Shown here piece after piece: positions 37,464 through 47,299 of a stretch of 64,000 nt of DNA (the stretch's first letter is position 1; the number at the start of each line of letters is the position of its first letter). Made by a program: the position numbers and the translations under genes. The DNA comes from a virus: positions 160,001-224,000 of IMG/VR virus record IMGVR_UViG_3300029374_000001; one strand, written 5' to 3'. The notes under the pieces were generated by a model, which saw only the letters and a list, made by a program, of their open reading frames with translations, was not told where the DNA came from and did not search any database.

Positions 37464-38537
37464 TTATTGAATATACTTAAACAGTTCATCTATACTGCTC
37501 ATAGAGAATCCTGCGGCATGAGGATGTCCTCCTCCACCCAGTTTTTCGCATAATTCATTTACTTCTACTCTATTTTCAGCACTATACATGCTGACTTTTA
37601 TATTTCCATACATATCCGGTCTATTGATCAGCATACAGAAATCGTACTTATTCAGATCGTCTCCAAATGCAATGGAATTGCCAAAACCGAACATATAGCA
37701 CACACGATAGATATGACCATCAATATGGAAAAGGCCTTTTCTATGAAAAGCTGCAAATTTGACTTTGTATTTTTGTTGTTGTAATTCATATAGTTCTTCT
37801 CCGACTTGTAAAGCTTCTTGCAAAAAATCCCTATTATATAATAGTTTATCCATAATATTAGAATTTACAAATAAACTGCTAGATTCCCAGCAATAGGTAT
37901 TCAAATAATCACAATTACGATAGTCGTTGATCTTACGATCCCAACGATCGTATTGGTCCACTAGGTCAATGGTCTTGGGATTGACCACATCAGAAATCTT
38001 TTTATTCTTATTCTTATAGTGGACATCTTTAAATAGATTATAGATATTCATAGCTCCACAACCCTTAACGTCAATATAAAATGCCAAATCGCCACGTTTC
38101 ATAATATCTTCATCACTGTCTATGAGATCTTTAAGAATCCCAATAGACGTCATATGATGATCGATAATCAGTATATTGCTGACTCTATGCAAAATATTCT
38201 TAATCTGGGATTCTGATAATGAAAGGTCAACGATGAATACTTCAGATCCTAACGGAATCTTATCAACCAAATCATATCCAGCTTGATAATTATATTCCAC
38301 ATAATGAATATCGATTTTTGGAGAATCAAATGTTTTCAATAATTCTCTAATCATTAGAGCAGAGAATATACCATCCATATCATTATGATGAACTATGGTT
38401 ATATTGACGGATGAACATTCTTCTGATTGAATGTTGTCTACGATAGAATGTATGATTGTTGGTGTTTGCTTAGACGCAATTAATTCTTTCTCTTTATATT
38501 CTACCAATTCTTCATTCATCTTTATTCTCCTTATCAC
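37464..38537 (-). CDS. DHH-DHHA1 family phosphoesterase (RecJ-core/NrnA-like)
   Basis: DHH motifs IVHHNDMDG, VFIVDLS, IIDHHMTS and DHHA1 GGGGHPHAAGF. Confidence 0.7.
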   Translation of the reverse strand: MIRRIKMNEELVEYKEKELIASKQTPTIIHSIVDNIQSEECSSVNITIVHHNDMDGIFSALMIRELLKTFDSPKIDIHYVEYNYQAGYDLVDKIPLGSEVFIVDLSLSESQIKNILHRVSNILIIDHHMTSIGILKDLIDSDEDIMKRGDLAFYIDVKGCGAMNIYNLFKDVHYKNKNKKISDVVNPKTIDLVDQYDRWDRKINDYRNCDYLNTYCWESSSLFVNSNIMDKLLYNRDFLQEALQVGEELYELQQQKYKVKFAAFHRKGLFHIDGHIYRVCYMFGFGNSIAFGDDLNKYDFCMLINRPDMYGNIKVSMYSAENRVEVNELCEKLGGGGHPHAAGFSMSSIDELFKYIQ

Positions 38538-38916
38538 TCAGCTGTCTTTTCAATATACAATCCAATGTCGAATAATGAAAATCAAAAAATGATAAAATCA
38601 CAATCATACCTGCATTATTGAAAATAATAGATGCACTATCGGGTGTTAGTTGCCTAATAAATCCTTCTTCGAACATCATTTTCATAGTTATATTCGCAGT
38701 ATCTATCAAATATAAACATTTATCTACAAATTCTTCATATGTCAATGTCTTATTGATATTGGTAGGAAAAGTTTCTGATTCGATTATATTCAGATTTTTA
38801 TAATATGTATATATATCTTTAATAGTAAATATTTCGTTATTTAAGTCAATGGAATCAGAGTTATACAATCCTTTAATCACTTTGAGTAAATATTCAGTAT
38901 TATTATTTTCGCTCAT
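38512..38916 (-). CDS. hypothetical protein (start at internal MSENNN with RBS ggagagg); tandem paralogue of 38975..39424
   Basis: Shared motif NNE(I/V)FTI(K/R)(D/N)IY with upstream neighbour. Confidence 0.4.
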   Translation of the reverse strand: MSENNNTEYLLKVIKGLYNSDSIDLNNEIFTIKDIYTYYKNLNIIESETFPTNINKTLTYEEFVDKCLYLIDTANITMKMMFEEGFIRQLTPDSASIIFNNAGMIVILSFFDFHYSTLDCILKRQLSDKENKDE

Positions 38917-38974
38917 ATTGTTATCCTCTCCAATATAAAAATAAAACAGGAGAGTTTGGTCTCCTGTTTTACAA

Positions 38975-39424
38975 TTACTTATACTTGTCTTCATACTTTT
39001 GTTCTGGATTAATATCGTGCATAAGCTCAGCAATGAATACTGCCAATATACTATTAGCTCCCAGCCGAGTAAAGATTGTAGATGTAACGGGGTTGCCAGT
39101 CTTTTTAGCATACCCATTATTGGTCATCTGTTCAAGCATCTTCTTATTCTTTTTGAGATAATCTGTGAACAACTTCTGAAACTTTTCAAATGTGGATAGT
39201 TTCTCACCCAGTGTAGCATTCAATTCGGCACTCTGCTCTTTTACATCCCACTGATTGTATATGTTTCTGATAGTGAAAACATCATTATTCAGATTAACAA
39301 TATATACTGGTTCATCACTATGAAGAACGTTTGCATGATGATTGCAACAACTGCCGCAATGGCAGTTTCCTTCAATCTTATTGGTATGTAAGATTGTTCT
39401 TTGTCTTTTAATATATGGTCTCAT
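38975..39424 (-). CDS. hypothetical Cys/His-rich protein (CHCGSCCNHH); tandem paralogue of 38512..38916
   Basis: Shared motif NNDVFTIRNIY. Confidence 0.4.
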   Translation of the reverse strand: MRPYIKRQRTILHTNKIEGNCHCGSCCNHHANVLHSDEPVYIVNLNNDVFTIRNIYNQWDVKEQSAELNATLGEKLSTFEKFQKLFTDYLKKNKKMLEQMTNNGYAKKTGNPVTSTIFTRLGANSILAVFIAELMHDINPEQKYEDKYK

Positions 39425-40101
39425 GTTCTATCACCTACTGCATCTTTCCATGGAGTATCAAAAAATCCATTAAATTCTTTATCATCCAAATCTCTAAATT
39501 CATAATACATTTTAACAGCAATATGATGAATACGTGAAGTTTCATCATTTAACGTAGAATATATATTCTGCTGCATAATGAACTTCAGCATATGGTAAAT
39601 TGTATATAAGGTATTCACCATAATTGTACGATCTACCGTCTCATCAGTTAAAGAATACTTATCCTCAACAATATCTTTCAATACAGATTCAAAGGATGGA
39701 GTTTCCTTAGATGTAAAGATTGTTCTCAGAGAAGCCAATGCTTTTTCTAGAATAGGATTATCATCCAGATAGTGCCCATTCAAATACCATTCTGGAACAA
39801 TATTAGCTAAGTATGCCTTAGAATATGCTGTATGCCAAATATAACGAGATAGCCGTTTATTTGATACAGCAACAGAGTTTGATTGTATAACATTGATAAC
39901 AAACTTCTCTTCTGTGTTTAATACAGGTCTATCCTTAACATTGTCTCTGATCATATATTCCAATATAGAAAATAGATAGGTCGGAGTAATAATACGCTCG
40001 ATAAACTTATCCATATTTCCTTTTTGACAATACACAACACCATCTCTATTCGTTACAATCTCTTTTAATTCTCTCATCTTCTCTTCATTGAAGTCAATCA
40101 T
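39421..40101 (-). CDS. hypothetical protein (226 aa)
   Basis: ATGA overlaps on both sides. Confidence 0.45.
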   Translation of the reverse strand: MIDFNEEKMRELKEIVTNRDGVVYCQKGNMDKFIERIITPTYLFSILEYMIRDNVKDRPVLNTEEKFVINVIQSNSVAVSNKRLSRYIWHTAYSKAYLANIVPEWYLNGHYLDDNPILEKALASLRTIFTSKETPSFESVLKDIVEDKYSLTDETVDRTIMVNTLYTIYHMLKFIMQQNIYSTLNDETSRIHHIAVKMYYEFRDLDDKEFNGFFDTPWKDAVGDRT

Positions 40102-41075
40102 TCTTCTGCTTCCTCCTTGGACTTAAATAATGTGGAATTCTTCACTTCTGCTAAAAGTAAAGAGAAATTGATCTTATTACGAAGTCCTTTGTTATATAGA
40201 TTTCCAATAGACTCTACACATGTCTCAATATTAACGAATGGCATCATAAAGCTATGCTTTTCATTCAATACTTTATAGAGACGATCCTTATCGATATTTG
40301 GTACATGCATCAGAATCCAAATGATCCCAGAGAAAAATGCGGTCTTAGTTCCTTTACCATTTATACCTCTATCATATTCGGACGATCTGGTCATATGCAA
40401 ATAAGTATGAGTTTCTTCCAGAATATTCTTAGCATAGTTGTACTGTTCTTCAGAAACTGTACAAGAGCCAGACTTAATACTACCCGTGGCACCATATCTG
40501 CTTTTATGATACAATCCCAATACTTGATAAATATTCTTAGCACCAAGATCCCAATATGTATCAAAGAGCTTCTTAATACGAATATAATTTTCATCTCCAA
40601 GCTCTGCATATGATGCAATATAATCGTATGGTTTCCAATTAGACGTAATGACATTCATAGCAATGCAATCATCTACATCTAATCCTGGCTGAATAATATA
40701 CTCTACCGGAAGATGAAGAGCTCGTAATGCTTGTAATCTACCCTGACCATCAATAACTTCCATGTTTTCATTAACAATCAGAGGGTTAGTAATATATCCA
40801 TGCTGTACAATAGAACGAGTAATCTTTAATACGCGTTCCGACAATACAGCACGATTTCCAACCAATACTTTGAAAATATTGTAATCTCTGGTGACATAAA
40901 TCTTCTTTTCAGATTCTGTCATGGTCTTAACAATTTCTTTAGCCTTTTTAATACGTTTGGACATATCGGCCATAGGTTTCTTCGGAATCTTATTTTGAGC
41001 TCTTAGTCCAATCAATACAGACTCCTTGATGTTTACATCTTCACTAAAACTTTCATTAACTAATTCTTTTTCCAT
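40098..41075 (-). CDS. ParB N-terminal (ParB/Srx) nuclease-domain protein
   Basis: NPLIVNENMEVIDGQGRLQALRAL matches ParB-N motif (vIDG.RR.rA). Confidence 0.5.
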   Translation of the reverse strand: MEKELVNESFSEDVNIKESVLIGLRAQNKIPKKPMADMSKRIKKAKEIVKTMTESEKKIYVTRDYNIFKVLVGNRAVLSERVLKITRSIVQHGYITNPLIVNENMEVIDGQGRLQALRALHLPVEYIIQPGLDVDDCIAMNVITSNWKPYDYIASYAELGDENYIRIKKLFDTYWDLGAKNIYQVLGLYHKSRYGATGSIKSGSCTVSEEQYNYAKNILEETHTYLHMTRSSEYDRGINGKGTKTAFFSGIIWILMHVPNIDKDRLYKVLNEKHSFMMPFVNIETCVESIGNLYNKGLRNKINFSLLLAEVKNSTLFKSKEEAEE

Positions 41076-41235
41076 TTTACATACTCCTTTGTTTTACTAT
41101 GCATATTTGGAAATTTGAATATATAATAACCTGGGTATATCCCAGGTAAATAGGGATAATCTTAACTATCCGCTTTCATGATATTCCATTACATTCATAA
41201 TACTTCCTCCTTTTGAAAATATAATAACTTCTCAG

Positions 41236-41275
41236 ATATATAATATATAACTAAAAAAGAAATAGATCACAAAAG
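41236..41275 (-). promoter_or_regulatory. conserved sigma-A-like phage promoter
   Basis: atatataatatataac-N12-tagatcacaaaag; preceded on minus strand by terminator gagatggtctatatagaccatctc. Confidence 0.5.
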
Positions 41276-41312
41276 ATTCAGAGATGGTCTATATAGACCA
41301 TCTCCTTTACTT

Positions 41313-43670
41313 TTATTCAATATCTTTTAATAATTCAGATTTGTCCGAATCAATTCTCCTGATTTCTTCGATTTCCTTGATGATATCGTTGGTTGTATAT
41401 CGAATCAAAGTTCTATTGAATTCAGGATGTAGAGCGGATATTCCCAATTCAGGAGCATCCATTTCACCCAACCCTTTAAAGCGTTGTAAACCTTTTGGTG
41501 TATATCTGTTGAATTCCTCCATCAGTTTATACAGACTTACTTTAACATCATTCAGAATATATCCATTAGGATCAGAATGCATAATGAATCGAGCAATTCG
41601 TTCATTACAGTCATTCAACATATTCTGATTGAATACGGCTGTTTGTACTTTATCGTTAGCTAGGCCATCTACTACTAAGATATGGTTCTCTTCTCTGACC
41701 TGTAAATACTTATACTGCTTCTTCAATTCTTTCTTGATAGAAGATATAGGTAATTGGTTCAGAATTAGACTATATAAGAATTCTAATAGGTTTGGCTCTA
41801 TCGCATAGTTCTGAGACAGTACGTTCATATTGAAGAGATAATCGATATTATCATTCAATAGTTGTACAACCTTAGAAGTTGGTAAAACAGATCCTGTAGA
41901 ACTCTTAATTACATTATGCTTAGCAAACTTAGTGTATACATAACGGATAAAGTCAGAACGATCTGTAAAGAATTCTTTAGCTTCTCCATTAGGTCCTTTG
42001 ATAGCAAACAATGGTGGTACTGCTGCATAAACTCTACCAGCTTCCACCAATGGTCTATAATATACCAAGAACATTTTCAACAACAATGTTCTGATATGAA
42101 GCCCATCTACGTCAGCATCTCCGAGGAATATGATCTTATCAAATTTACATTTGGATACATCACAACGTCTGCCTTCTCCACAATCTAGAAGAGTATATAT
42201 TGCTTTACATTCTTCGTTATTAAAGAATTCCTTCTTAGAACGAGTCATTGCATTCGATACTTTTCCTCGGAGTGGCATAATGCCCTGCTTTGTAGGATCA
42301 CATGCTTCTCGGCATGGAGACATAGCTGAGTCACCTTCGACCAGAATAAGCTCTAAATTCTTCTTACCAGATGGCTTCTGATACTTGGATGGTAATCCAG
42401 TAAATACAGATACAGCTGTCTTAGTTAATTGGATCTTTTCGCTATTAGTTTTCATACGTAGATTGCCAACGTCTTTGAAATATTTACATAGACGTTGTAG
42501 ATCATTTGCATTCGAACGACTCCATTCATCCAATCCTCTATCTACGAGGTCTTTAATAAATGGTTTAATATCTTCATTCGATAATAATTCTTTTGCCTGA
42601 CCAGCAAAGATCGGTTCCAGATGCATAACGGATACAACCGCTTTTAATCCGGCTCTGATATCGCTGTTGATTGTCGTTATCTTAGATTTATTCCCAAGAT
42701 AAATCTTGTTCATATAATTTCTAAAATAATTTGATAATGCATCGACAAAAGCTTGCGCATGAGTACTACCTGCACTAATGGTAGGACACATATTGGCAAA
42801 TGAATATACCGTGTCTTGTTCATCAAGACCGTTGGCATCATACGTGAAACTAATATCAGCCCTCATGGTTCCATTATCATCACTTAGATGAATTGGATTC
42901 ATGACAGGCTTGAATTGACTATTCATAAGATAGGTATCAATCCCATACTCATTCACTCTACGGATATTGATTTCTTTCCCATCTTTCTTCACTCCTTTGA
43001 AGTTAATAATAGCTCCAATTTTGAGTAAAGGCAGAATAATATCGATTAGACCCAATACTTCTTCACAAGTAACAGTAATCTTTCCCATGATTCTTTCTAA
43101 TGGGGTGAAAGATACTTTGGTTCCTTGGAAGTTCTCCTTATTGGGATAAGGAGTTCCAGATTTGTTTTCCGCAATTCCTTCATGGAAACTCATAGATAAT
43201 CCCATAGGTTTTCCTGTAGAACTATATTGCTTACAAATTCTGGATAATACTATAAAATCTTCAGACAATGCATTGGTTACTTTAGCACCTACCCCATGTC
43301 TGCCCGAAGAATAATTTCCTGCTGTTTTTACATAGTTAGACGAAGTATGTTCTTCTGCATAGATACGATGCATATCTTTAAACGGAATTCCTCGCCCATT
43401 ATCTGTTACTACGAACTGATGATTATCTTCATAGAACTCTACCCATACTTCTGTACAAGGAGAGTCTATCTTTTGAAGTTCATCGGTTGCATTCTGTAAT
43501 AATTCCCGACAGCAATTGATAAAACCTTTATTTCCAATACTGCCGATATACATACCAGGAGCTTGCTGAACTGCTTTAGCAAACTCTTTGATTGTTTTAA
43601 TACTTTTAGAATATTCTTGAATGTTCTTCTTAAAGTCTGTCAATTCAATACTCCTTTCTCTCATTAACAA
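41313..43670 (-). CDS. type II DNA topoisomerase large subunit (GyrB/ParE-like ATPase + TOPRIM; T4 gp39-like)
   Basis: GHKL motifs ELLQNATDE and VTDNGRGIP; TOPRIM ELILVEGDSAMSPCREA and IIFLGDADVDGLHIRTLLL. Confidence 0.8.
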   Translation of the reverse strand: MLMRERSIELTDFKKNIQEYSKSIKTIKEFAKAVQQAPGMYIGSIGNKGFINCCRELLQNATDELQKIDSPCTEVWVEFYEDNHQFVVTDNGRGIPFKDMHRIYAEEHTSSNYVKTAGNYSSGRHGVGAKVTNALSEDFIVLSRICKQYSSTGKPMGLSMSFHEGIAENKSGTPYPNKENFQGTKVSFTPLERIMGKITVTCEEVLGLIDIILPLLKIGAIINFKGVKKDGKEINIRRVNEYGIDTYLMNSQFKPVMNPIHLSDDNGTMRADISFTYDANGLDEQDTVYSFANMCPTISAGSTHAQAFVDALSNYFRNYMNKIYLGNKSKITTINSDIRAGLKAVVSVMHLEPIFAGQAKELLSNEDIKPFIKDLVDRGLDEWSRSNANDLQRLCKYFKDVGNLRMKTNSEKIQLTKTAVSVFTGLPSKYQKPSGKKNLELILVEGDSAMSPCREACDPTKQGIMPLRGKVSNAMTRSKKEFFNNEECKAIYTLLDCGEGRRCDVSKCKFDKIIFLGDADVDGLHIRTLLLKMFLVYYRPLVEAGRVYAAVPPLFAIKGPNGEAKEFFTDRSDFIRYVYTKFAKHNVIKSSTGSVLPTSKVVQLLNDNIDYLFNMNVLSQNYAIEPNLLEFLYSLILNQLPISSIKKELKKQYKYLQVREENHILVVDGLANDKVQTAVFNQNMLNDCNERIARFIMHSDPNGYILNDVKVSLYKLMEEFNRYTPKGLQRFKGLGEMDAPELGISALHPEFNRTLIRYTTNDIIKEIEEIRRIDSDKSELLKDIE

Positions 43671-43704
43671 TTTCTTATTAACAAGTTTCTAGTATCGTAG
43701 ACTT

Positions 43705-44136
43705 TTAGTTAGCATGTTTTAATCGTTCTTTGATTTCTTCCTCAGACATATTTTCTCCCAGATCATTATCGAACATAGAAGCAAAATCATTTTTGTGTTC
43801 TCGAACTTCTTTAAGTTTTGCTTCCATATCTTCCATAAAATCTGCTGGCAATGGTTGACCATCGGGCGTAGCGTCAATACCAGCTACGACAGTCTTAGTC
43901 GCCCTATGCACAATATCAAATCCTCCTATACGTCCACATAGATCTTTATGCATAATCAGAAGCATACTTGGATTTTTTATTGATGCATTGGCAATATCAT
44001 CAGGTATAAATACATTGACAAATTCTGCTATCATTTTAATTAGAGTTTCTTTATCGGCACAAGTCGCTATATCTAGATGAACAATTTCACCATTATCATC
44101 ACAGATATCATCTTTCTTTGACTTATCGTCATCCAT
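43705..44136 (-). CDS. hypothetical acidic protein (143 aa)
   Basis: ORF. Confidence 0.45.
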   Translation of the reverse strand: MDDDKSKKDDICDDNGEIVHLDIATCADKETLIKMIAEFVNVFIPDDIANASIKNPSMLLIMHKDLCGRIGGFDIVHRATKTVVAGIDATPDGQPLPADFMEDMEAKLKEVREHKNDFASMFDNDLGENMSEEEIKERLKHAN

Positions 44137-44257
44137 ATCGTTTACTCCTTTTTAAAAATTAATGAATCAAAGTCAAGGAAGAGCAGATTAGACTGCTCTT
44201 CCCATTCTTCGATTTGTGTATTTATAGTTGTGTATATTTAGAGGAAATTAATTAGAC

Positions 44258-45166
44258 TTATCCGACGTAAGTCTTGGTTTCTCCATTTTCAGGAGTTGCA
44301 ACTGTTACATTCTGTGTTGCAGTTGCAGGCTTCGGAACAGCTACAGCAGTATTTTCTACTACCTGACCACCAATGGGATTGGAAGCACCAGAGAATTGCT
44401 GTGCCTGATCTGCTCTATACTGCGGCATACCGGCCGGAGCATACTGAGGAGCAGGTGCCGGCTGCTGCGGATACTGCATCGGCGGCATAGGCTGCTGCTG
44501 AGGCATCTGGTTATACATCGGAGCCTGTGGCTGCATCTGCGGTGCAGGATACTGAGGTGCCATAGGAGCCGGATACTGCTGAGGCATCATCGGCTGCTGG
44601 AATCCTGCCGGATTAGCCATATAGGGATTCATACCGTTGCCGGAGAATACCTGGCTATACATACCGATGGTATTAAATCCATCATATCCACCCTGCATGT
44701 TCGGCTGAGCCTGCTGTGGTGCATAAGACTTAGCATAATCAGATGCAACTTTCCACATCTGAGGAATCTGACTCAGAACATAGAATGCCGGATAAATTCT
44801 CTTACCAGCTTCCGGATCGATACCACCATAATAGAACTTAATAGATTCTACGATGTCTTTCAGATCACTTATAGTCTGACTGATATCTGTTCCAGGTTCA
44901 ACTGGTTTAAAACGTTCACCACAAATAGTACATTCATACACACCGTCTCCGATATGACGAATTGTACCACGTCCATTGTCGTGGTGAACACACTTTGTCT
45001 TTAAGTTGTCAATAGGAGACATTGCTGTAAAGAACTCCTGTTTCTGCGGCGCTTTTTGCCGCAACAGTGCAATCTCTTCTGGGTTCAAAAGCTGATTGGT
45101 AGCGGGCGGTGTTGGAGCCTGCTGCGGATAAAATCCATACCCAGTCTGACCATAAAAATTCTCCAT
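44258..45166 (-). CDS. zinc-ribbon protein with long Q/P/M/Y-rich low-complexity (prion-like) C-terminal half
   Basis: CVHH...CTIC motif; ~150 aa of PQQ/PMM/QYPAP repeats; locally elevated GC. Confidence 0.5.
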   Translation of the reverse strand: MENFYGQTGYGFYPQQAPTPPATNQLLNPEEIALLRQKAPQKQEFFTAMSPIDNLKTKCVHHDNGRGTIRHIGDGVYECTICGERFKPVEPGTDISQTISDLKDIVESIKFYYGGIDPEAGKRIYPAFYVLSQIPQMWKVASDYAKSYAPQQAQPNMQGGYDGFNTIGMYSQVFSGNGMNPYMANPAGFQQPMMPQQYPAPMAPQYPAPQMQPQAPMYNQMPQQQPMPPMQYPQQPAPAPQYAPAGMPQYRADQAQQFSGASNPIGGQVVENTAVAVPKPATATQNVTVATPENGETKTYVG

Positions 45167-45268
45167 GTTTGTTTCCTCCTTAAAATAATTTTTAATCTCT
45201 CCATGGAAATATTAAAAGAGGCATAGAGCCTCATAGTAATATTATATAATTATAACAGTTTTTAAAAC

Positions 45269-45766
45269 TTACTTGTACGGGTTATCTATCGGTTTACCAT
45301 TTAAACCTTTATCGTACAGGTCCATGTCTGTAGCCGGACAAGTCTGGCTAACGTATTTATCAAAGATCTTTTTCTTTAATGCATTATTTAATCCTACCTG
45401 AGTAGCATCCACTCTGGCTTTAGCACCAGAATTTTGAATAGCATCAAACGAAGATTTCAGCGCATCTTTAGACAATAAGATCTTCATCTCCTGTATTTCT
45501 CCATAATCAAATGCAGACAATACAGCAGGTACAGATACATGATCTCGACCAATCATAGCCGGTGTCATGTTGCGAAGCTGGTTGTAATGATAATAGAAGC
45601 ATACTTCTTTAGCATCATCCCAAAACAGTTCACATTTACTGTCATCAATCCAGGCATCATTATCGAGTTTCAATACCATAGTAGGTACATGTTCTACCCC
45701 ATCAGATGTCTTGATCTTGATCTGTTCAAACACGTTACGAATAGCAATAACATACTGTTTATCCAT
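45269..45766 (-). CDS. hypothetical protein (165 aa)
   Basis: ORF. Confidence 0.45.
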   Translation of the reverse strand: MDKQYVIAIRNVFEQIKIKTSDGVEHVPTMVLKLDNDAWIDDSKCELFWDDAKEVCFYYHYNQLRNMTPAMIGRDHVSVPAVLSAFDYGEIQEMKILLSKDALKSSFDAIQNSGAKARVDATQVGLNNALKKKIFDKYVSQTCPATDMDLYDKGLNGKPIDNPYK

Positions 45767-45848
45767 AGAATCTCACCTCTAATCACAAATAACAAACAAA
45801 TACCCAACTAGAATGCAAATTCTAATTACATATTTGTTGTATTTGTAA

Positions 45849-46319
45849 TTAAATTGTATTCTTGTATGAGTACTTCAACGCGTTGGGTAATACTGTAATG
45901 TTATTGAGATCACCAGTTTTATTTAATGCGTAAATGCGCTCATAAATGATTCTATATGCATGATAACTTTCATTGGCTTCTGCTCTAACCCTAAGTGAAT
46001 TCTCATCGCCAGGATAAGTGGTACAATAAAGATTTAAAGCAGATAAGATAGTAGACTTTCTTACATATTCTTCATCTACAACTTCAATTAGCCAGAAATT
46101 GAATTGTGGTGTAAAATATCGTCCATACTTATTGATATTTACATTCCCATAGGCAATATCTTTAATTAACCTATGCATATCTCTTTTTAATCTGGCAATA
46201 GCCGCTGGCTCTGTGATATACTGTAAGAAGTTTTCGCCATACCTCTGAATATATCCTTCGAAGAACTTAGATGCTTTCTGTTGTTTCTTAGGTCTTTTGA
46301 ATGATTTGGAATTATACAT
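45849..46319 (-). CDS. hypothetical protein (156 aa)
   Basis: ORF. Confidence 0.45.
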   Translation of the reverse strand: MYNSKSFKRPKKQQKASKFFEGYIQRYGENFLQYITEPAAIARLKRDMHRLIKDIAYGNVNINKYGRYFTPQFNFWLIEVVDEEYVRKSTILSALNLYCTTYPGDENSLRVRAEANESYHAYRIIYERIYALNKTGDLNNITVLPNALKYSYKNTI

Positions 46320-46325
46320 TGAATA

Positions 46326-46835
46326 TCATTCTCCTTTCTTAATCATATATGTATATATAGCTTTGACTAACGATGCTGCTTGTTCATTGTATTTGGGCAA
46401 TAAATATGGATCATTCTGAAATTGATCGAAATTCTTTACCCAATATTTAATCAAACGTAATTCGAATTGAACTCGGTCTTTTGGTGGATCAAATATGGCT
46501 GTCAAATACATAAATTGCCATATTGGAGATCCCTCTTGACTTACTCGTATACATCTAGATACACTTTCTTCGAAAACTTTATCATTGTCTTTAGGTTTCC
46601 ATTCTATTTTTCCATGATCTTTATCATAGTCTGTTAATCGATATACATGATTTTTAATTTCAATAGTAATCAAATACGCATAGATCGCATATATTCTTTT
46701 ACCTTTGTTTTGTTTCGTTTTAACCTTAGGAGTATTGATCATCAATTCTTCTAAGGTTCCTGTATCTTCTGTGGAAAATGAATCTATCATAGAATCATAT
46801 ACAGCTCGTAGAAGAACTTGAGGTTGACTACTCAT
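46326..46835 (-). CDS. hypothetical protein (169 aa)
   Basis: ORF. Confidence 0.45.
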   Translation of the reverse strand: MSSQPQVLLRAVYDSMIDSFSTEDTGTLEELMINTPKVKTKQNKGKRIYAIYAYLITIEIKNHVYRLTDYDKDHGKIEWKPKDNDKVFEESVSRCIRVSQEGSPIWQFMYLTAIFDPPKDRVQFELRLIKYWVKNFDQFQNDPYLLPKYNEQAASLVKAIYTYMIKKGE

Positions 46836-46846
46836 CGTTATTCTCC

Positions 46847-47299
46847 TTAAATATTATGAGCCATATCTTTATCGTAGAATGTATCTAAATCGTCATCCGT
46901 ATATAAATGATGCTTTTCACAATACTCATTATATGCAGGATCTTCAGATATTAGATCAATCAGATCTTCATAGTTTCCTACATTAGGAAGTACAAAGTCT
47001 TCTGGCTTGGTTTCAAATACATACCTCATGAAGGAATAGAAACTAATTCCATTCTGAGGCGTAACTTTTTCGCTAATAATGGTCGACTTAAACCAATCAA
47101 TCGTACCATATTCTTCATAGAATACATAGATTCTATCTAATGCAGCTGCTCGTCCATCAACAATATCAAAGATTTGAATAGGTTCCCCCTTAGTCTCTTC
47201 TGTATAAACAAGCAGCAAATAACGTAATTCTTTTTCTTCTTGTTCCTGGTCTTCAACTGTCATTGCATTAACCAGGTTCTTTCTAAATATCATACTCAT
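46847..47299 (-). CDS. hypothetical protein (start at internal MSMIFRK with RBS aaaaggagga)
   Basis: ORF-track start 47395 would overlap a hairpin/promoter-like intergenic element. Confidence 0.45.
   Translation of the reverse strand: MSMIFRKNLVNAMTVEDQEQEEKELRYLLLVYTEETKGEPIQIFDIVDGRAAALDRIYVFYEEYGTIDWFKSTIISEKVTPQNGISFYSFMRYVFETKPEDFVLPNVGNYEDLIDLISEDPAYNEYCEKHHLYTDDDLDTFYDKDMAHNI

Noticed and set aside
44396-45004. 202-aa plus-strand ORF rich in R/L/H
   Set aside because: Antisense artefact of the Q/P-rich GC-biased region of gene 44258..45166.
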